Assembly: GCA_020891255.1 (NCBI GenBank)
Contig: BQFW01000009.1
Location: 992,001 to 1,056,000 of the forward strand
From: Entomortierella parvispora E1425
Lineage: Eukaryota; Fungi; Mortierellomycota
DNA length: 64,000 nucleotides
Direction: 5' to 3'
The notes under the pieces are model-generated. The model did no database searches. It was not told the origin of the DNA and worked only from the letters and a program-made list of their open reading frames with translations. Made by a program: the position numbers and the translations under genes. This document shows positions 40,978 to 53,186 of this stretch, piece after piece (position 1 is the stretch's first letter; the number at the start of each line of letters is the position of its first letter).

Positions 40978-43529
40978 TGATTGGAAACGTCAGAAATCAA
41001 GGGAAAGAGATGAAAAGATAGTTGATGTGCTGTGGGGAGAGAGTGAATGAAGAAAGAGTGGGGAGTATTTATGAGTATGGATGGTACAAAAGAGGTGGAC
41101 AATGCAATGGAGGGGGGAGAGTGGTATTAATGTGGTGGTGGTAGTAGTACAAAGCAAAGAAGAATGAATAAAAAAGCAAAAAGCAAAGGAAGATGATAAT
41201 GAAGAAAAAAAAAAGGAGAGAAGAGGACGGGCCTGGCCATCCTTTATATCTTTTTCTCTGATCGTTTCCTCGGCAACTGCGGGACAGGGGTGGAAATCAG
41301 GGACCGAAAGATCCGCCCTTCTTCATCATCATTGTCTCCACTATCGTTGTCGCTGTTGTCATCATCCCCGGACGGAGAGAGGGCGGATGCAGATCGGAGA
41401 ACGAAGTTGCTTGATTGAATTGTGACTGAATATAAAGCAGCGACTGCTCGGGCCCATTTGTTCCGGTGTCTCTTTCCGTGTGTTTCTTGCGTTATCGAGT
41501 CCAACTGACACACCACTACTCCCATCCCCTCTGCGTATCTTTGTCCAACTGTCTCTCACTGACTGTGCATCCACTGTCCGCCTGCGCTCTCTTGCTCCCC
41601 TTGTTCCTGTCGTATTTCTGTCTTTCTCTTTGTCTTGCACCCTAACCTTCAGATATCTGACAGTTTTCTTTTTTTGTTTCCCTTCTCCTGTCCTTCTTCT
41701 TCCGAGTCTAGGAGCATTGCTGACGTGGAGGAAAGCAAAGTTGAAGACAGAGGGCCGTGGATCGGCATTCTGAGGCCGTTCCACCGCCAAAGCGTCCTTC
41801 TTTGCACCAGGGGTAATCTTCACCCGGCGGGTACGTCGTAGATTCAAATTCAAAAAATCTTATTTTGGCCACGCTGTGCCACACCATCGATGCCCACTGC
41901 TGTTGTTGTCTTTGACCCTCTTTCAACCCTTGAAATCCAATTCTAGTGACGCTACTCTTGCATGCCACCATCACTATAACTGCCTCTACAGAAATGGCAA
42001 GAAGGCATCCAATTGCTCGTCACTTTCCAGACCATTGGCTTTATTCGCTCTTGAGGTTCTTGCTGTAGTCCTCCAAACCGCCCTTTTGGGTCTGATTTGT
42101 AAACAGCGCAACAGTCAATGCTTTCTCATTTTACTTTTTATTTGGTTTGTTAGTCTCCACCAGACACACAGCTCTCTGGGCGGATATTTTTTTTGTGCTA
42201 ACCAAATGGGATTTCTATCTTGCAGCCAGCAGGGGGCCAAAAATGAAAATAAGAATCTGCCCACAGTAGAAACGTGCACTTCGCTCTCATTTTTTATTTT
42301 TCTCACAGTGTCCACTCTCGCGCTCAATTGCTCGTCAATGGTGCAGCTTCAAACAACCCCTAATCCCTGGCTGCAGAAACCATCCCCCCATGCATGCAAT
42401 AGCGCCACCTTCGGGGATATCGGATTTTATGTTCCGTGGCAATGGCAACACCTGAGACGTGGACAAGAATAGTAAATATAGGGCGCGGTTTGTGAGAAGG
42501 ATGGATGAAGATGAGAAATACAGCAAAAACAGCCCACACAAGGAACGTCGGACAGATCGGGGCGCCGGGATTTATATTCTTTTCCACGGGTCGTTCGTTC
42601 CTTTAATACAAAAGAAAAGCATATCAAAAACCACTATCAATAGTCATGCCCAGCAGCAATACTGATACACGAGCTTCGAAAGGCACTCATTTCATGCACC
42701 CTATTGACGGAGATAGGGAAAACGAAAACCTTGTCTAGTGGACTCGTTGATCCAATTTATTTTCTCTTTTTTTCTTTCTTTCAAACCCCCATAATCGCGC
42801 TTTCCACGAGCACCTTGCAGATGGGGAATATATAAACCGCGCCTTCTCTTGCCGGCGCCCACTCACCCAATTTATTTTAAAGCTCCTGGATTTACTGAGC
42901 CTTGATTTCTGAACGCCTCGAAATACCATGACTCTCGTGGACACCCCCCACAATTTTTTTTCTATTTTGTCTTTTCCACCATTCGAGCACTCGCATGAAC
43001 AATTGTGCCCCTTGGTATTAGTTGCACACCCACGACGCGATGGGAGTGGTTTCTGCTCGATTGTCCACGACAATGAGCAGCTGCAAAACAAAGATTGGAA
43101 GACAAAAAAAAAAGAAAAGAAAAGAATACTCAGATGAATGAGACTCGGGATCGGACTCGGCTGAGAATTTACCCTCCGTCCCTCTTTGACTCTCGATCAC
43201 CTTTTTCATTCTTTTGCAGAAAAATCCCGACACCAGAGCGTTCTCTCATGACCCCCCCACTTCGGACTTCTCCATGCCTGCGACACTGAGCCAACCTTGA
43301 GAGATAACTCCCCTCTACTGGGTACGGCCCCAGAGACTCAAGTTGTGACACACTTTGCAGTTTGATATCGCATGGAACCATCTTTACCCGGTGATTGCTT
43401 TTGCAGAGGAGTGATTGGACGGATGAGTTTCCCCATTTGGAAAGGTCACAACAACAACCACCTTATTTTTTTTTATTTTGTTCTGGCTCATGCCCGAGGA
43501 TGTGCACCGTTGTTGATTCACCCCTGCAT

Positions 43530-44697
43530 TGCGTCACTGCGAGTACTGGGATAGGATTTCGATGGTTTCAAACGCTCTTTCTCTTCTGGCGATGGTTTGC
43601 AAGTAACAACCTGTGCAATTGTAGCCCTGTCTGTCCGCTTTAGCATTCCAGATCTATGAGAATGCTACGAGAAAATTGGTCTCTTTCCTCAGTGCCAGTC
43701 CATTGTCGTACCGTTTAACACCCACAGTAACACGAATGGGATTCTCAGTTGTTCCGCTCTTGCAGTAAGGAGGGCTTTGAGATCTCGAGGCTAGACCTTG
43801 TGAGGACAAAGCAACTTCGGGAAGGCCTCCTTGCGTCCACTGAGGTCCTAAGGGTTCTCTGAATGACATTCAAAATCAAAGAGGACTAAAACATCGATAT
43901 GAAGCGGAATAAGCGTCATTGAAGGATGATTGCAACAAATAAGACATCAAGCACTGGCACGCCCAAGATTACTCAGTACTCACCAGTGTGAGCATGCGGA
44001 CCGTTGGTGGGCCCTCCATGCTCTCCTTCTCATCGCACAAAGGACATTTCATCATAGCTACGGTATTGAAAGACGCGCTCTGATATCCTTAAAGGTTTGG
44101 CCATTTCTCATTGATATCGGGGATCGCGGGAACCTTCCGATTTCGACCAAATGTTTGAAGGAAAACTGGAAGAACCATGGCCTGTATCCCTCGACCAAAA
44201 GAAATTACCGTGCTTTCTGTGGGTCAGAAATGGCGAAACCTCGTAGTCAAACTAACCCAACACCATTAGCGTCTCTATGTGCCAACGAGGAATCCCTCTC
44301 CAATTGAAAAAGAATCTCAAAGAAGGGTCGATGCAAAACCTCGTCCCCAGAATTAGTGAACGACTACATATATAGTACTCTGAATCTTTAGAAGGTCATG
44401 GGTCGGATTGACATGGATTGGGGCGCTCCAATGCATTCACATGTGGGTGAGCATGACGAAGTAACATGGCAGGTCAAAAGCAATGCGAATCTCACCATCT
44501 GATCCACCAACAGGGGCATTGGAACAGGAGCAGCGGCTACGACTCCACCAAACCAGTATATAGGTATATAGGAGCAAGAGCAGCGCAAAAACTGCACCTA
44601 TGGTAACATCTAGGATAGTTAGAATAGACAAGCAGTATGCCGTACCTATGTAATAAAAGCTGCTCTTTCTGAAGACCATCAGGACACTTCGAAACAT
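43530..44697 (-). pseudogene. Possible decayed multi-exon gene (signal-anchor membrane protein)
   Basis: ATG 44697 with a hydrophobic anchor and plausible splice signals, followed by protein-like stretches broken by several stops and frameshifts. No family recognised. Confidence 0.25.
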
Positions 44698-45120
44698 TCT
44701 ACCTTAGCCCCGTGGTGCCCTCAAGGCGTCTTATGTTTTACCTCCATTCTCATGGAGCGCGAAAATAAAGTTGTAAACAGACACCACAGCGGCTAATGGA
44801 AATACTTCTCCGATCCATTGGTTTGCCCTCCTTCGTCATGTGTCTCGTCTGACGTTCCAAGAAACCAGCCTGAATCTTGAAATTTAGAGTGTTCTGCCCA
44901 TCCTTTCCATGTCTTAAAACTTCAGAACAACACTTTTTTTTTTTTTTGCAAACCTTCCCTTTCCTTTCTTGTATGCCTTCTTTCGGATGTGAAATGAACG
45001 CTACAAAGTTGAACTGGGCCATATTGAATTTCGAGGATCTTCTCAAGACGAAATATACATCGATAAAACTCGGTTTGTCCGTTTTAATACCGTCTCAACT
45101 CACGAGCGGTGAACAAGAGC

Positions 45121-47116
45121 CTATGGAATGTCTCCAACTTCGCCCACAATCTCTTCTCCTCCGTCATCCACGATTTCTTCCTCGGCTGCAACATCCTGTT
45201 CTTCCTGATACTCGTCATACTCTCCATATTCACCACCACCCTCCAGCAGAGCTGCCTCTGCCCTCTTCTCGAGTTCTTCCTCGTGCATCTTCTTAATGGT
45301 CTCTTCAACATCGTCGATTTCAGGGAAATCTTTCGCTGTAAGAGCGGAGTACTCTTCCAGATCTAACAAAATATAAAGGTCAGTTAAATTTCATGCATCT
45401 CAAGGTTTTGAAGACGGCTAGGTTGAAGCCTGGGTGCGTCTCTAGATTCGTTAATAAAACTGTCGTCCTTACCCATGGGTGTTCGATTGTTCAGAGCATG
45501 TTGGACCCTGGCATGGTTCAGTCTATCCTCCCGCTTAAACTTGTTGCGCACATTGATCCTAGACTTATTTTTGAACATTTTGTGAATGATGCCAAAGTCT
45601 GTGCCCCATTGAGCAAGGGCCTGCACATAGAAAAGAGTAAAAATAAAAAATAAAAAAATTGGTTAGAAAAGGAACGTGAAAAGTCACTCGCACTATTTTG
45701 GCCCAAGGAGCTCGTATCAACGCTACCTTGTAGAAGAGTTCAGTGTCCTCATCCGACCATTTCTCCCCTTTGTTTCCCTTTGAAAAACTGGCACTGTTGA
45801 CGAACCGGGTAGTTGACGATTCCTCCACGTATTCCATTGGGCCCTGATCGCCTGCATCCACAGTTGCGTGATCTACTGTCAAGGAATCAATGTCTAGCTC
45901 GATTCTTCCATCAACAAGTCGGACCTGAGGAGCAAACCTATACCAGATTTTGTAAAAAAAAATAGATTGTTAGTCTACATCCTGACATTTTCAAAATTTT
46001 TGCTCGAACTTGGAGTGCCATCGTCTTTCTTACGTTCTCGTTGCAGGAGCCGGAATACTCTGCTCACGTTTGGCCTTTTTCTCTTCCATAGCAGGCGTCC
46101 CTTGTCGGCTGGGCAGATCGTCATGGACACCCTCATCTTCTACCTCTTCCCCAGCATAGGGTCCGGGTGTCTGTGAAGCCCTCAAGGACACTTCTCTCTT
46201 TTCGAGCTTTGCTATCCGCCGTTGTTCGTCGATTTGCTTCTGCCGTTCCAAGAACACGGCCGATCTCCGTCCTACGCCCATATCTTTCACAAACTCGTAC
46301 ATGGGCGTGTTTGAGTAGTCTGGAAATTCTGGATCGCCTTCCTCCTCCTCTCCTTCCCCTTCCTGTTCTGCTTCGTCGATTTCGTTCTCATCGATGTGTT
46401 GTTGTCGTGACCGCGCAGTGCCGATCGCTTTGCCCCGAGCGCGCTTTCGATTTGAAGTCGAAGAGGCTGCGTCTCCGTTCTCTATATCGTCTTCTCTTTC
46501 GGCGTGCGTCCTTGTCGAGGGGACCGAGATGATAGAACCTCCTTTAGCTGAATTTGGAGAGGATATTACGGACCTTCGTCGGGTGAACTCGTCAGTTCCA
46601 GCTTCTTCTGATAGTCCTGAAGTATTATTGTTCGTCTGCCCAGGTCTTTGGATGTGGGATTCGCTTGTGGAAGGTGTTAATGAGGGAGTCGATAGAGTTG
46701 AAGACCCTGGTATACTCTCAATGTGTGAAATAAACGTGCTCCTATCCGGTTGTGTGGCTGCTGGGGTTGGCGGGGCGACGATGGCGGTGGTGTAGCTCGA
46801 GACTGGAGAAAGGATCGGACTGGAGGTTTCTGACTCCAGTAGCAAAGATGCAAAGCTTCCTGCTTCGCTGGTGGTGCTACCGATCTGAGGGGTGGGTGCC
46901 GGCGTGCTGTCTTCTGATGCTGTAGTCTTGTTGCGGTTAGGACGCGCCTTCAACTTTGGCGCGAATCGGGTCTGGCCTTTATCTATGGTCAAGAAGGTGA
47001 AATAAGAGAAAATAACATGTATATACAATAGAGTCAGGATTTAAGACGAATTGAGGAAATGGCACTTCACATTGGATTGGATTCAGCGTACCGATGCGGG
47101 TGCTAATGCCGGACAT
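45121..47116 (-). CDS. BDP1: TFIIIB subunit B'' (Bdp1), SANT/Myb domain, multi-exon
   Basis: MSGISTRI|DKGQTRFAPKLK N-terminus, APQVRLVDGRIELDIDSL, VNSASFSK..KWSDEDTELFYK|ALAQWGTDF..KFKRED. Confidence 0.93.
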
Positions 47117-47264
47117 TCCTGCTGCTATATGTGCTTGTCAGAGTTTCAGGGTTAGGGTCCAATTGATGGGCTGTCTGCTTGCATGCATGCCTGCCTGCCG
47201 GCTTTTTTTTTTTTTTGGTCGCAGTGTGGCTTATTAATCATGTGATTCATTGTTGCCACCAATT

Positions 47265-49823
47265 TTATTCTCGTATCCTCTTGCAGGTTCTGGTCTTCCA
47301 AAAATCATCAACTGCTTGACCAAACTTTGGCCAATTCTCTTTGACCCATACCTGCTCTTCTACCCTGTCAAAGTTGACCGCCATCGACTTCAATCCCACA
47401 CACCGCATCTCCTTCAGATCCTTGAGCTGATCCAGTCCGGCTGCCAATGACATGCTCAGGCAATCGTACTGGAGTCTGAATTGTGCATGGTTTCTGTCAT
47501 AGTACTCTGCCTCGGCAATTCTCTCTGCGTCGTAGAATTCGTAGTTATTTACATTAACCGTCTCTTCATGTCCCAAGATCAACTCTTGTAACTTCGTGAG
47601 CTTGCCAAGCTGATTATAGACCGTGCGCTCGCTTATGGTTGGAAAGTTCCTCTTGTGAGCCGCCCTTTCCGCGTCTGTGAAGGGTCGTCCATTGGTCCTT
47701 GTTACCAAATCCGGGCGAGGAATACCCCTTATCATTAACATTAACGACTCGAGGGTATCGCAACAAGCCCACTCGGATCGTAGCATGTCCTGAGCTTCAA
47801 GGAAGGCAGGTATACTGAAATGACTGTATCTGGCAGGCAACAAACAAAGTCGCTTGAGGCGAGGAGTACTGCACAAGATTCTCTGGATGGCCTTGCTGGA
47901 GGGAGAGAGAAGTACGTCAATCAGCAAGTTTTCGAGCGTATCGGCATACTCCAGGACTGTGTCCAATATGAGTGGAGTGAAAGGTATCCCATCAAAGCTC
48001 AGCGTCTTCCAGCCGCCGACACTTGACTTCAGTAGCTCTACCCAGTCCTTCTCCTCCAAGGTCGGGCATGGACCAGAAGCATTGAGCTCGCACAGTCGAG
48101 GACAATGCCTCTTTAGTGTTTCTGCTAGCAAAGGTACGTCGTAACCCATTGCAGCTTCAATCTGGAATCTCTCTAAAGATCCACACTGCGTCAAGATTTC
48201 TCGCAGGGATCCCGTACTTAACGCAGAATTGACATGGAGAGATCTTAGGTGAGGCAGTGATCTAATTGACATTGGCTGGATAGCACTTCTGTCATAACAA
48301 GAACCATCGTCCGCAGAGGGATCTCTGAATGGGTTGGAAGGTCGACTGATTACCAAGGTCTCGATAGTGTCTGGTAGAGATTCGACAATTCGATTCAAGC
48401 AAACCTCGGTAGATCCCGGGAATCTGGCATACACGCGAGACACTAGACTTCCATGGATTGACAGAGATCGCAGCTTCCTGTTTCGTTGAAGAACAAGGGC
48501 TAGATATGATCGATCTTGGGAAGGCGCGGGAGCCGCCTTGGTTGGTGGCACATATTCCTGGACAGTGGAGTGAGCCCCTCCAAAGACCGGGGTCGGGGCA
48601 TATGTTCGCGAGACACCGAACGTGAAAGAGGGCGGGCGAGGAGTTGCAGGGTGTAACCCTATTGAAGCTTCGGGGGAGTGACCAAATGTAGAGGGCCCTG
48701 GTTGCGAAGCTGCTGACTGAGAAGGCACGGAGGGCTGACCTGATACCTGACCAAATGTGAAAGATGGCCGAGAAGCTATAGTATGCGAACTTCCTGAAGA
48801 GAAAGTGGGTTGAGGTGGCGCCTGACCAAATGTGAAAGTCATCGACTGAGACACTGCAGGTGGTATAGTCGTCGAGCCAGTCGCCAAAGGCTCGGAAAGC
48901 TGGGGTTGCACTAGAAGGTTTGCACCGGGAATTACTCTTGTAATTGACGAAAACGCTGGTTCTCCGAAACGCACTGTTGAAGCTGCTGAAGTCCCTGCTC
49001 CTGGACTCGCAGTTATCTGAGTTGGTGATTCGGGGGATGCGTCGGCCAGTGTCATGGCGGAAAAGTTGGAAAGTGGATCAACGGCTGAAGCAGTAGAGGC
49101 CGTAAACGCCTCTGTCTGATTTCCTAGCTGCTCCACTGGCTGTGTTGCTGGCTGTGTCCTTGACGTCAATTCCAGATTTTCAAAGGTAGAGACCAAAGAT
49201 GATGTCGTGTCAACGATATTATTCTGGTTCGATGATGAGGGAGCGCCCGCTGTGGGTGAAGCTATTGGCATCGATCCAAATGATGAGAAAAGAGCGGGGG
49301 CAGCAGGCGTCGTCCCTAACAGAGGTGTGGGTGCGGATGCTGATGTAGCTCCAAACAATGAAGGACCGGTGGCAACAGGTCTCGTCGCTGGAATCGGCCC
49401 AAACAATGGTGCAGCCCCGGTTACCGCCAGATCTTGCCCAAATAAACCGTCTCCAGTAGAAAAGTACCGTGGCACTCCGAATGTTGACGAAGACAGGTTC
49501 GACTCGACCGAGAGCTCGACCAAACGTGTGCAGGTCCGACCCAACTTAGCGATGTGTTCGATGGTTACATAGTAAGCAGTATCCAAGGTTCGAATATGGT
49601 GACCATTCCTGATGAGTGCGCCTTCCTTGACAGAATCGGTAAATCGGCGCATGGTCTTCTCGTCGCGGATCTCAACGTTCTCCCACAAATAGGGCGAAAA
49701 GTATTTGAGCCAGGAAGTGGAGACTCGTACAACTTGCGTGAGGTCGTGTCGAGTTAGAAGAGGGACAATCATGTCCGCAATCTCCTGTGGCAGCCTGACA
49801 GGATCTGCAATGGGGAGCTGCAT
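47265..49823 (-). CDS. F-box/LRR protein with a ~300-aa FG/FxFG-repeat insertion
   Basis: RLPQEIADMIVPLL..VRVSTSW F-box, then about 11 FG motifs in an S/T/P/A-rich block, then LRR and WACCDTLESL / VYNQLGKLTKLQEL / GLDQLKDLKEM motifs. Confidence 0.88.
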   Translation of the reverse strand: MQLPIADPVRLPQEIADMIVPLLTRHDLTQVVRVSTSWLKYFSPYLWENVEIRDEKTMRRFTDSVKEGALIRNGHHIRTLDTAYYVTIEHIAKLGRTCTRLVELSVESNLSSSTFGVPRYFSTGDGLFGQDLAVTGAAPLFGPIPATRPVATGPSLFGATSASAPTPLLGTTPAAPALFSSFGSMPIASPTAGAPSSSNQNNIVDTTSSLVSTFENLELTSRTQPATQPVEQLGNQTEAFTASTASAVDPLSNFSAMTLADASPESPTQITASPGAGTSAASTVRFGEPAFSSITRVIPGANLLVQPQLSEPLATGSTTIPPAVSQSMTFTFGQAPPQPTFSSGSSHTIASRPSFTFGQVSGQPSVPSQSAASQPGPSTFGHSPEASIGLHPATPRPPSFTFGVSRTYAPTPVFGGAHSTVQEYVPPTKAAPAPSQDRSYLALVLQRNRKLRSLSIHGSLVSRVYARFPGSTEVCLNRIVESLPDTIETLVISRPSNPFRDPSADDGSCYDRSAIQPMSIRSLPHLRSLHVNSALSTGSLREILTQCGSLERFQIEAAMGYDVPLLAETLKRHCPRLCELNASGPCPTLEEKDWVELLKSSVGGWKTLSFDGIPFTPLILDTVLEYADTLENLLIDVLLSPSSKAIQRILCSTPRLKRLCLLPARYSHFSIPAFLEAQDMLRSEWACCDTLESLMLMIRGIPRPDLVTRTNGRPFTDAERAAHKRNFPTISERTVYNQLGKLTKLQELILGHEETVNVNNYEFYDAERIAEAEYYDRNHAQFRLQYDCLSMSLAAGLDQLKDLKEMRCVGLKSMAVNFDRVEEQVWVKENWPKFGQAVDDFWKTRTCKRIRE

Positions 49824-49933
49824 GATGTCTGCTGGAAATGGGTGAAATGAGATGAGGGAAGGCAGTGTTGTGAGGGAATGGAGGTTCATAAAATCGACTG
49901 CGCCTGGCAGAGGCACGGTTTTTTTTATCTTAT

Positions 49934-51757
49934 TTATTGCTGTGAGGCTATGTTCCTGGTGCTTAGAAGACGCGATAGTTCCTTGTGGTCAGCTTTTGTT
50001 CTGCCAAGTCGGCCCTCGACCAACTTCAAAGACGGCCAATGGTCCATCATCCACTGAACTGCGCTCTTTGACATGTTCATGGAGTGTGTCTGCAAAAATC
50101 GAACCGTCTCCAGTTCTGTCAAGGTCGCGAGCAAATTCAAACCGCGTTTTAGTTGCCACTCCAGAGTTTGAATTGATTGACCCCGTTCTCGGATGGGGAA
50201 AACAAGATCCAAATCCAATATCTCAAGGCTAACCAAGGCTGAGAGGCGCTCAAAGACCACCTGCTGTTGACCCTTTGAACCCAAAGTCATTGCTGGAGAC
50301 CCTTTGCTCACTTCGTTCGTAGATTGGGTCGAATCGATATGGATGCGCCAGCGCTTGAGATTCCTACATGCCCAGGGTATGCCCAGAGCAATGGCATCGA
50401 CTCGAATAACGTTTCCGGCTATCGCCTCTAGTCTCGGGCATGATTCCAAGATCTCCTCCAGCATTGCACTAGTGGCATTGATGCATCGTACTAGATCCAC
50501 CTCGACTAATACTTGGAAATGCTCTCGATTTCTCAAAGAATTGAACGCCTTGGGCCCAAATCCGACTCCCTGTAAGCACAGTGTCCTCAGCGGACTACAG
50601 GATGCGGTTCCTTCTTGTCCAATGTTCTCCAGCAGCAACTCTAGGACGATATCTGAGATTCCTCCTGTTCCCCGAGTACTCGTGATAGTAACAGATGCCA
50701 AATCTGGCCAGCGACGACAGGTCTGGCCTCCAACAATACCTCGCCCTGTTGCCGGATCCTGGAATTTTGGATGAAGCAACATTGCCGTCGTTGTAATATC
50801 CAAGCCTCCTCCATTAGCCGTCATCCAAAAGTCTGTTGACCGATGTAAATGCCACACCAGCCTCTGAAGTTTTGGCGCCTGAGAAATAAACAGGCGGATA
50901 GTCAGGTCAGGGCCAATTCCACGAACCTCATCCAGGATCAAGTCCCGAACGGTTCCTTCCCTTAGGGTATATTCCGGTCTAAATCCGCCAATTTCATCAA
51001 CCGTGTCATTCTCCTCGAAGTGCTGCAGCGATTCTTCTTCCCACATCACCTCTGGATGTAAGGTAACAGATGAATTTACAAAGGCCCAGCATCTCCGCCT
51101 TAGCTTGCTCAACTCTGCTTCCTTGCTGATCATGTTCCTCGGTCGTTTGGGCATCATTCCGGTCAAGTCGCCTTCATTCACCTTATTCCCGGCAGTGTTG
51201 TTGAGACTGATGTCATTCAAGCTGTCCTGCATATGTTCGTCCGTATCGTCAGAATCTTCTCCCATACACCAGAACTGGGGGAATATTTCAAGTTTAGAGG
51301 CCGGATAGATCTCCAGCAGAGGTCCTCTGACTACCTCACATCGGATGAACTCGAATTTTTTGACCTGAGTCTGCGCGGCCTTCCAGATCATCAGCATGTC
51401 CAGCAGGGGCATATCAGCCCAGCCCAAGAACGCCATCCTCTCGAGGTGAGATCTGGCGTGCCCGCAGAGCTCGACCAAACTCCAGAGGAACTTTGGTGTC
51501 GTAGCTAATCCTGGCAGACTCATCCGGAACTCGATTTGCCTCAACGTTGTTCGGTTATCCTCTATTAACTCCTGGAATGTTCTCCAAGGGGAGTCGCGGT
51601 AGCGCCTGGACTGATATCCAGCTTGGCGACACATCATGGTGGACTGGATAGTAGGCCCGATGAGACAAAGCTTTTGAAGACGAGTGCAGTGGGGCCCAAG
51701 CGAAAGACGCCAAGCAGGAACCACAGAGCCTTCAAAGATAAGACTGCGTATGTGCTG
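49934..51757 (-). pseudogene. 3' (LRR) half of an F-box/LRR gene split by a Harbinger insertion
   Basis: Stop-free LRR frame (WACRNLKRW, VFERLSALVSLEIL, WMMDHWPSL) that begins at the CTG target-site copy 51755-51757. Confidence 0.85.
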
Positions 51758-51798
51758 GGCATTAGATGTTTTTCGCAGCCCGAAAATCACGCCCAATT
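51758..51798 (+). repeat. Left terminal inverted repeat
   Basis: GGCATTAGATGTTTTTCGCAGCCCGAAAATCACGCCCAATT. Confidence 0.9.
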
Positions 51799-51921
51799 GA
51801 ACGGCATGGGTGTGGCTTAGAAGCCTGATTTTGTTTCTAATTAAAAAGGTTTTTTCTCATAAATGGAGGTCTTCTCCCCTTAAGAATATCTCGTGACTTC
51901 GATTTCGATCTGATCGTTCTG

Positions 51922-53145
51922 ATGTCGAGTTCGACATGGAGACATCTATGTCCACCCACCCGACTTGCCACTGGTGGCCACCGAAGGTCGTCCAATCACC
52001 CAAGCTACATGTATAACCTTGCTCTGTTAATGGGATTGGCGCACCAAGCTATTGAGTATCGCCTCCTAGATCCGGATTTTATCCTCAACCAACAAGAAGA
52101 GGACGAGGACGAGCAGGATGACGAGGCAGAGGAACAGGATGCTCCTCGACCAATACGACCTTTTCCTCTGGACCATTCGTTCGACGTTCGGGCTTATTCA
52201 GACACCTATTCAATCCAAGAGTTCCGCTTTACGTGTGCGCAACTACAGGAGATAATAGGTCTGCTAAGGATCCCTCCATTTATTGTCACGCCATCCAGGG
52301 ACAAAGTCGACTCACTCACAGTTCTATGTATGGCGATGTATCGCTTGTCATTCCCGGAACGCCTTAACCGCATGGAGCGTATGTTTAGACGATCTGCTCC
52401 CTCGATATCTCGGCTGATAAATCAGATTGTTCGATGGGTGATGCTGCGGTGGGATCGACTTTTGTATTGGGACGAACATCGCTTGACCAGGGAGAAGTTG
52501 AGCGAGTATGCCGATGCTTGTTACCATGCCAGCGGAGGACAGTGCAACAACGTCTTCGCTTTCGTCGATGGAACAGCTCGAGAGATACAAATGCCCACTA
52601 TTAATCAGCAGGCGATGTACAGTGGACACAAGTGCCATCATTGCGTTAAGTATCAAGGGATTGTTGCTCCGGATGGAATTCTCTTGCACCTCAGCTCAGC
52701 CTTCTCAGGAACCAACCACGATATGACTATATTCGATGGCACAGGATTTCAGCAAGTCCTGGATCAGTTTGCGTATGATCAGAACGGTGTCGCTCTTGCA
52801 ATATATGGAGACTCGGCCTACACCGCCAATGGCCACGTTTTGATCGGCTATCGAGGAAACGGACTGACTCCAGACCAGATCGCATTCAACCGCGTCATGT
52901 CCAGTCTACGTGTCACGATCGAGTGGACCTTCAAACACATCACGCAACAGTTCATGGGAATTGACTTTCCTCGGACTCATCGACTCCTGTCCACATGGAT
53001 CGAAGGTCACTATAGATTCGCAGCGTTGTTTTCCAATATCCACACATGCTACAATGGTGGAGAGGTGAACACATATTTCAATATCAATCCTCCCACAGTA
53101 CAAGAGTACATTAGTGCAGCAGCAATGAGAAACGTTTTATTTTGA
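51922..53145 (+). CDS. Harbinger DDE transposase (DDE_Tnp_4/HARBI1-like)
   Basis: Catalytic motifs FVDGT, GTNHD, YGDSAY, RVTIEWTF and YSGHK, preceded by an HTH region; uninterrupted 407 aa. Confidence 0.93.
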   Translation: MSSSTWRHLCPPTRLATGGHRRSSNHPSYMYNLALLMGLAHQAIEYRLLDPDFILNQQEEDEDEQDDEAEEQDAPRPIRPFPLDHSFDVRAYSDTYSIQEFRFTCAQLQEIIGLLRIPPFIVTPSRDKVDSLTVLCMAMYRLSFPERLNRMERMFRRSAPSISRLINQIVRWVMLRWDRLLYWDEHRLTREKLSEYADACYHASGGQCNNVFAFVDGTAREIQMPTINQQAMYSGHKCHHCVKYQGIVAPDGILLHLSSAFSGTNHDMTIFDGTGFQQVLDQFAYDQNGVALAIYGDSAYTANGHVLIGYRGNGLTPDQIAFNRVMSSLRVTIEWTFKHITQQFMGIDFPRTHRLLSTWIEGHYRFAALFSNIHTCYNGGEVNTYFNINPPTVQEYISAAAMRNVLF

Positions 53146-53186
53146 GATAAAATTATATTACAATGAAGAACTGTAGCATGTCAAAG

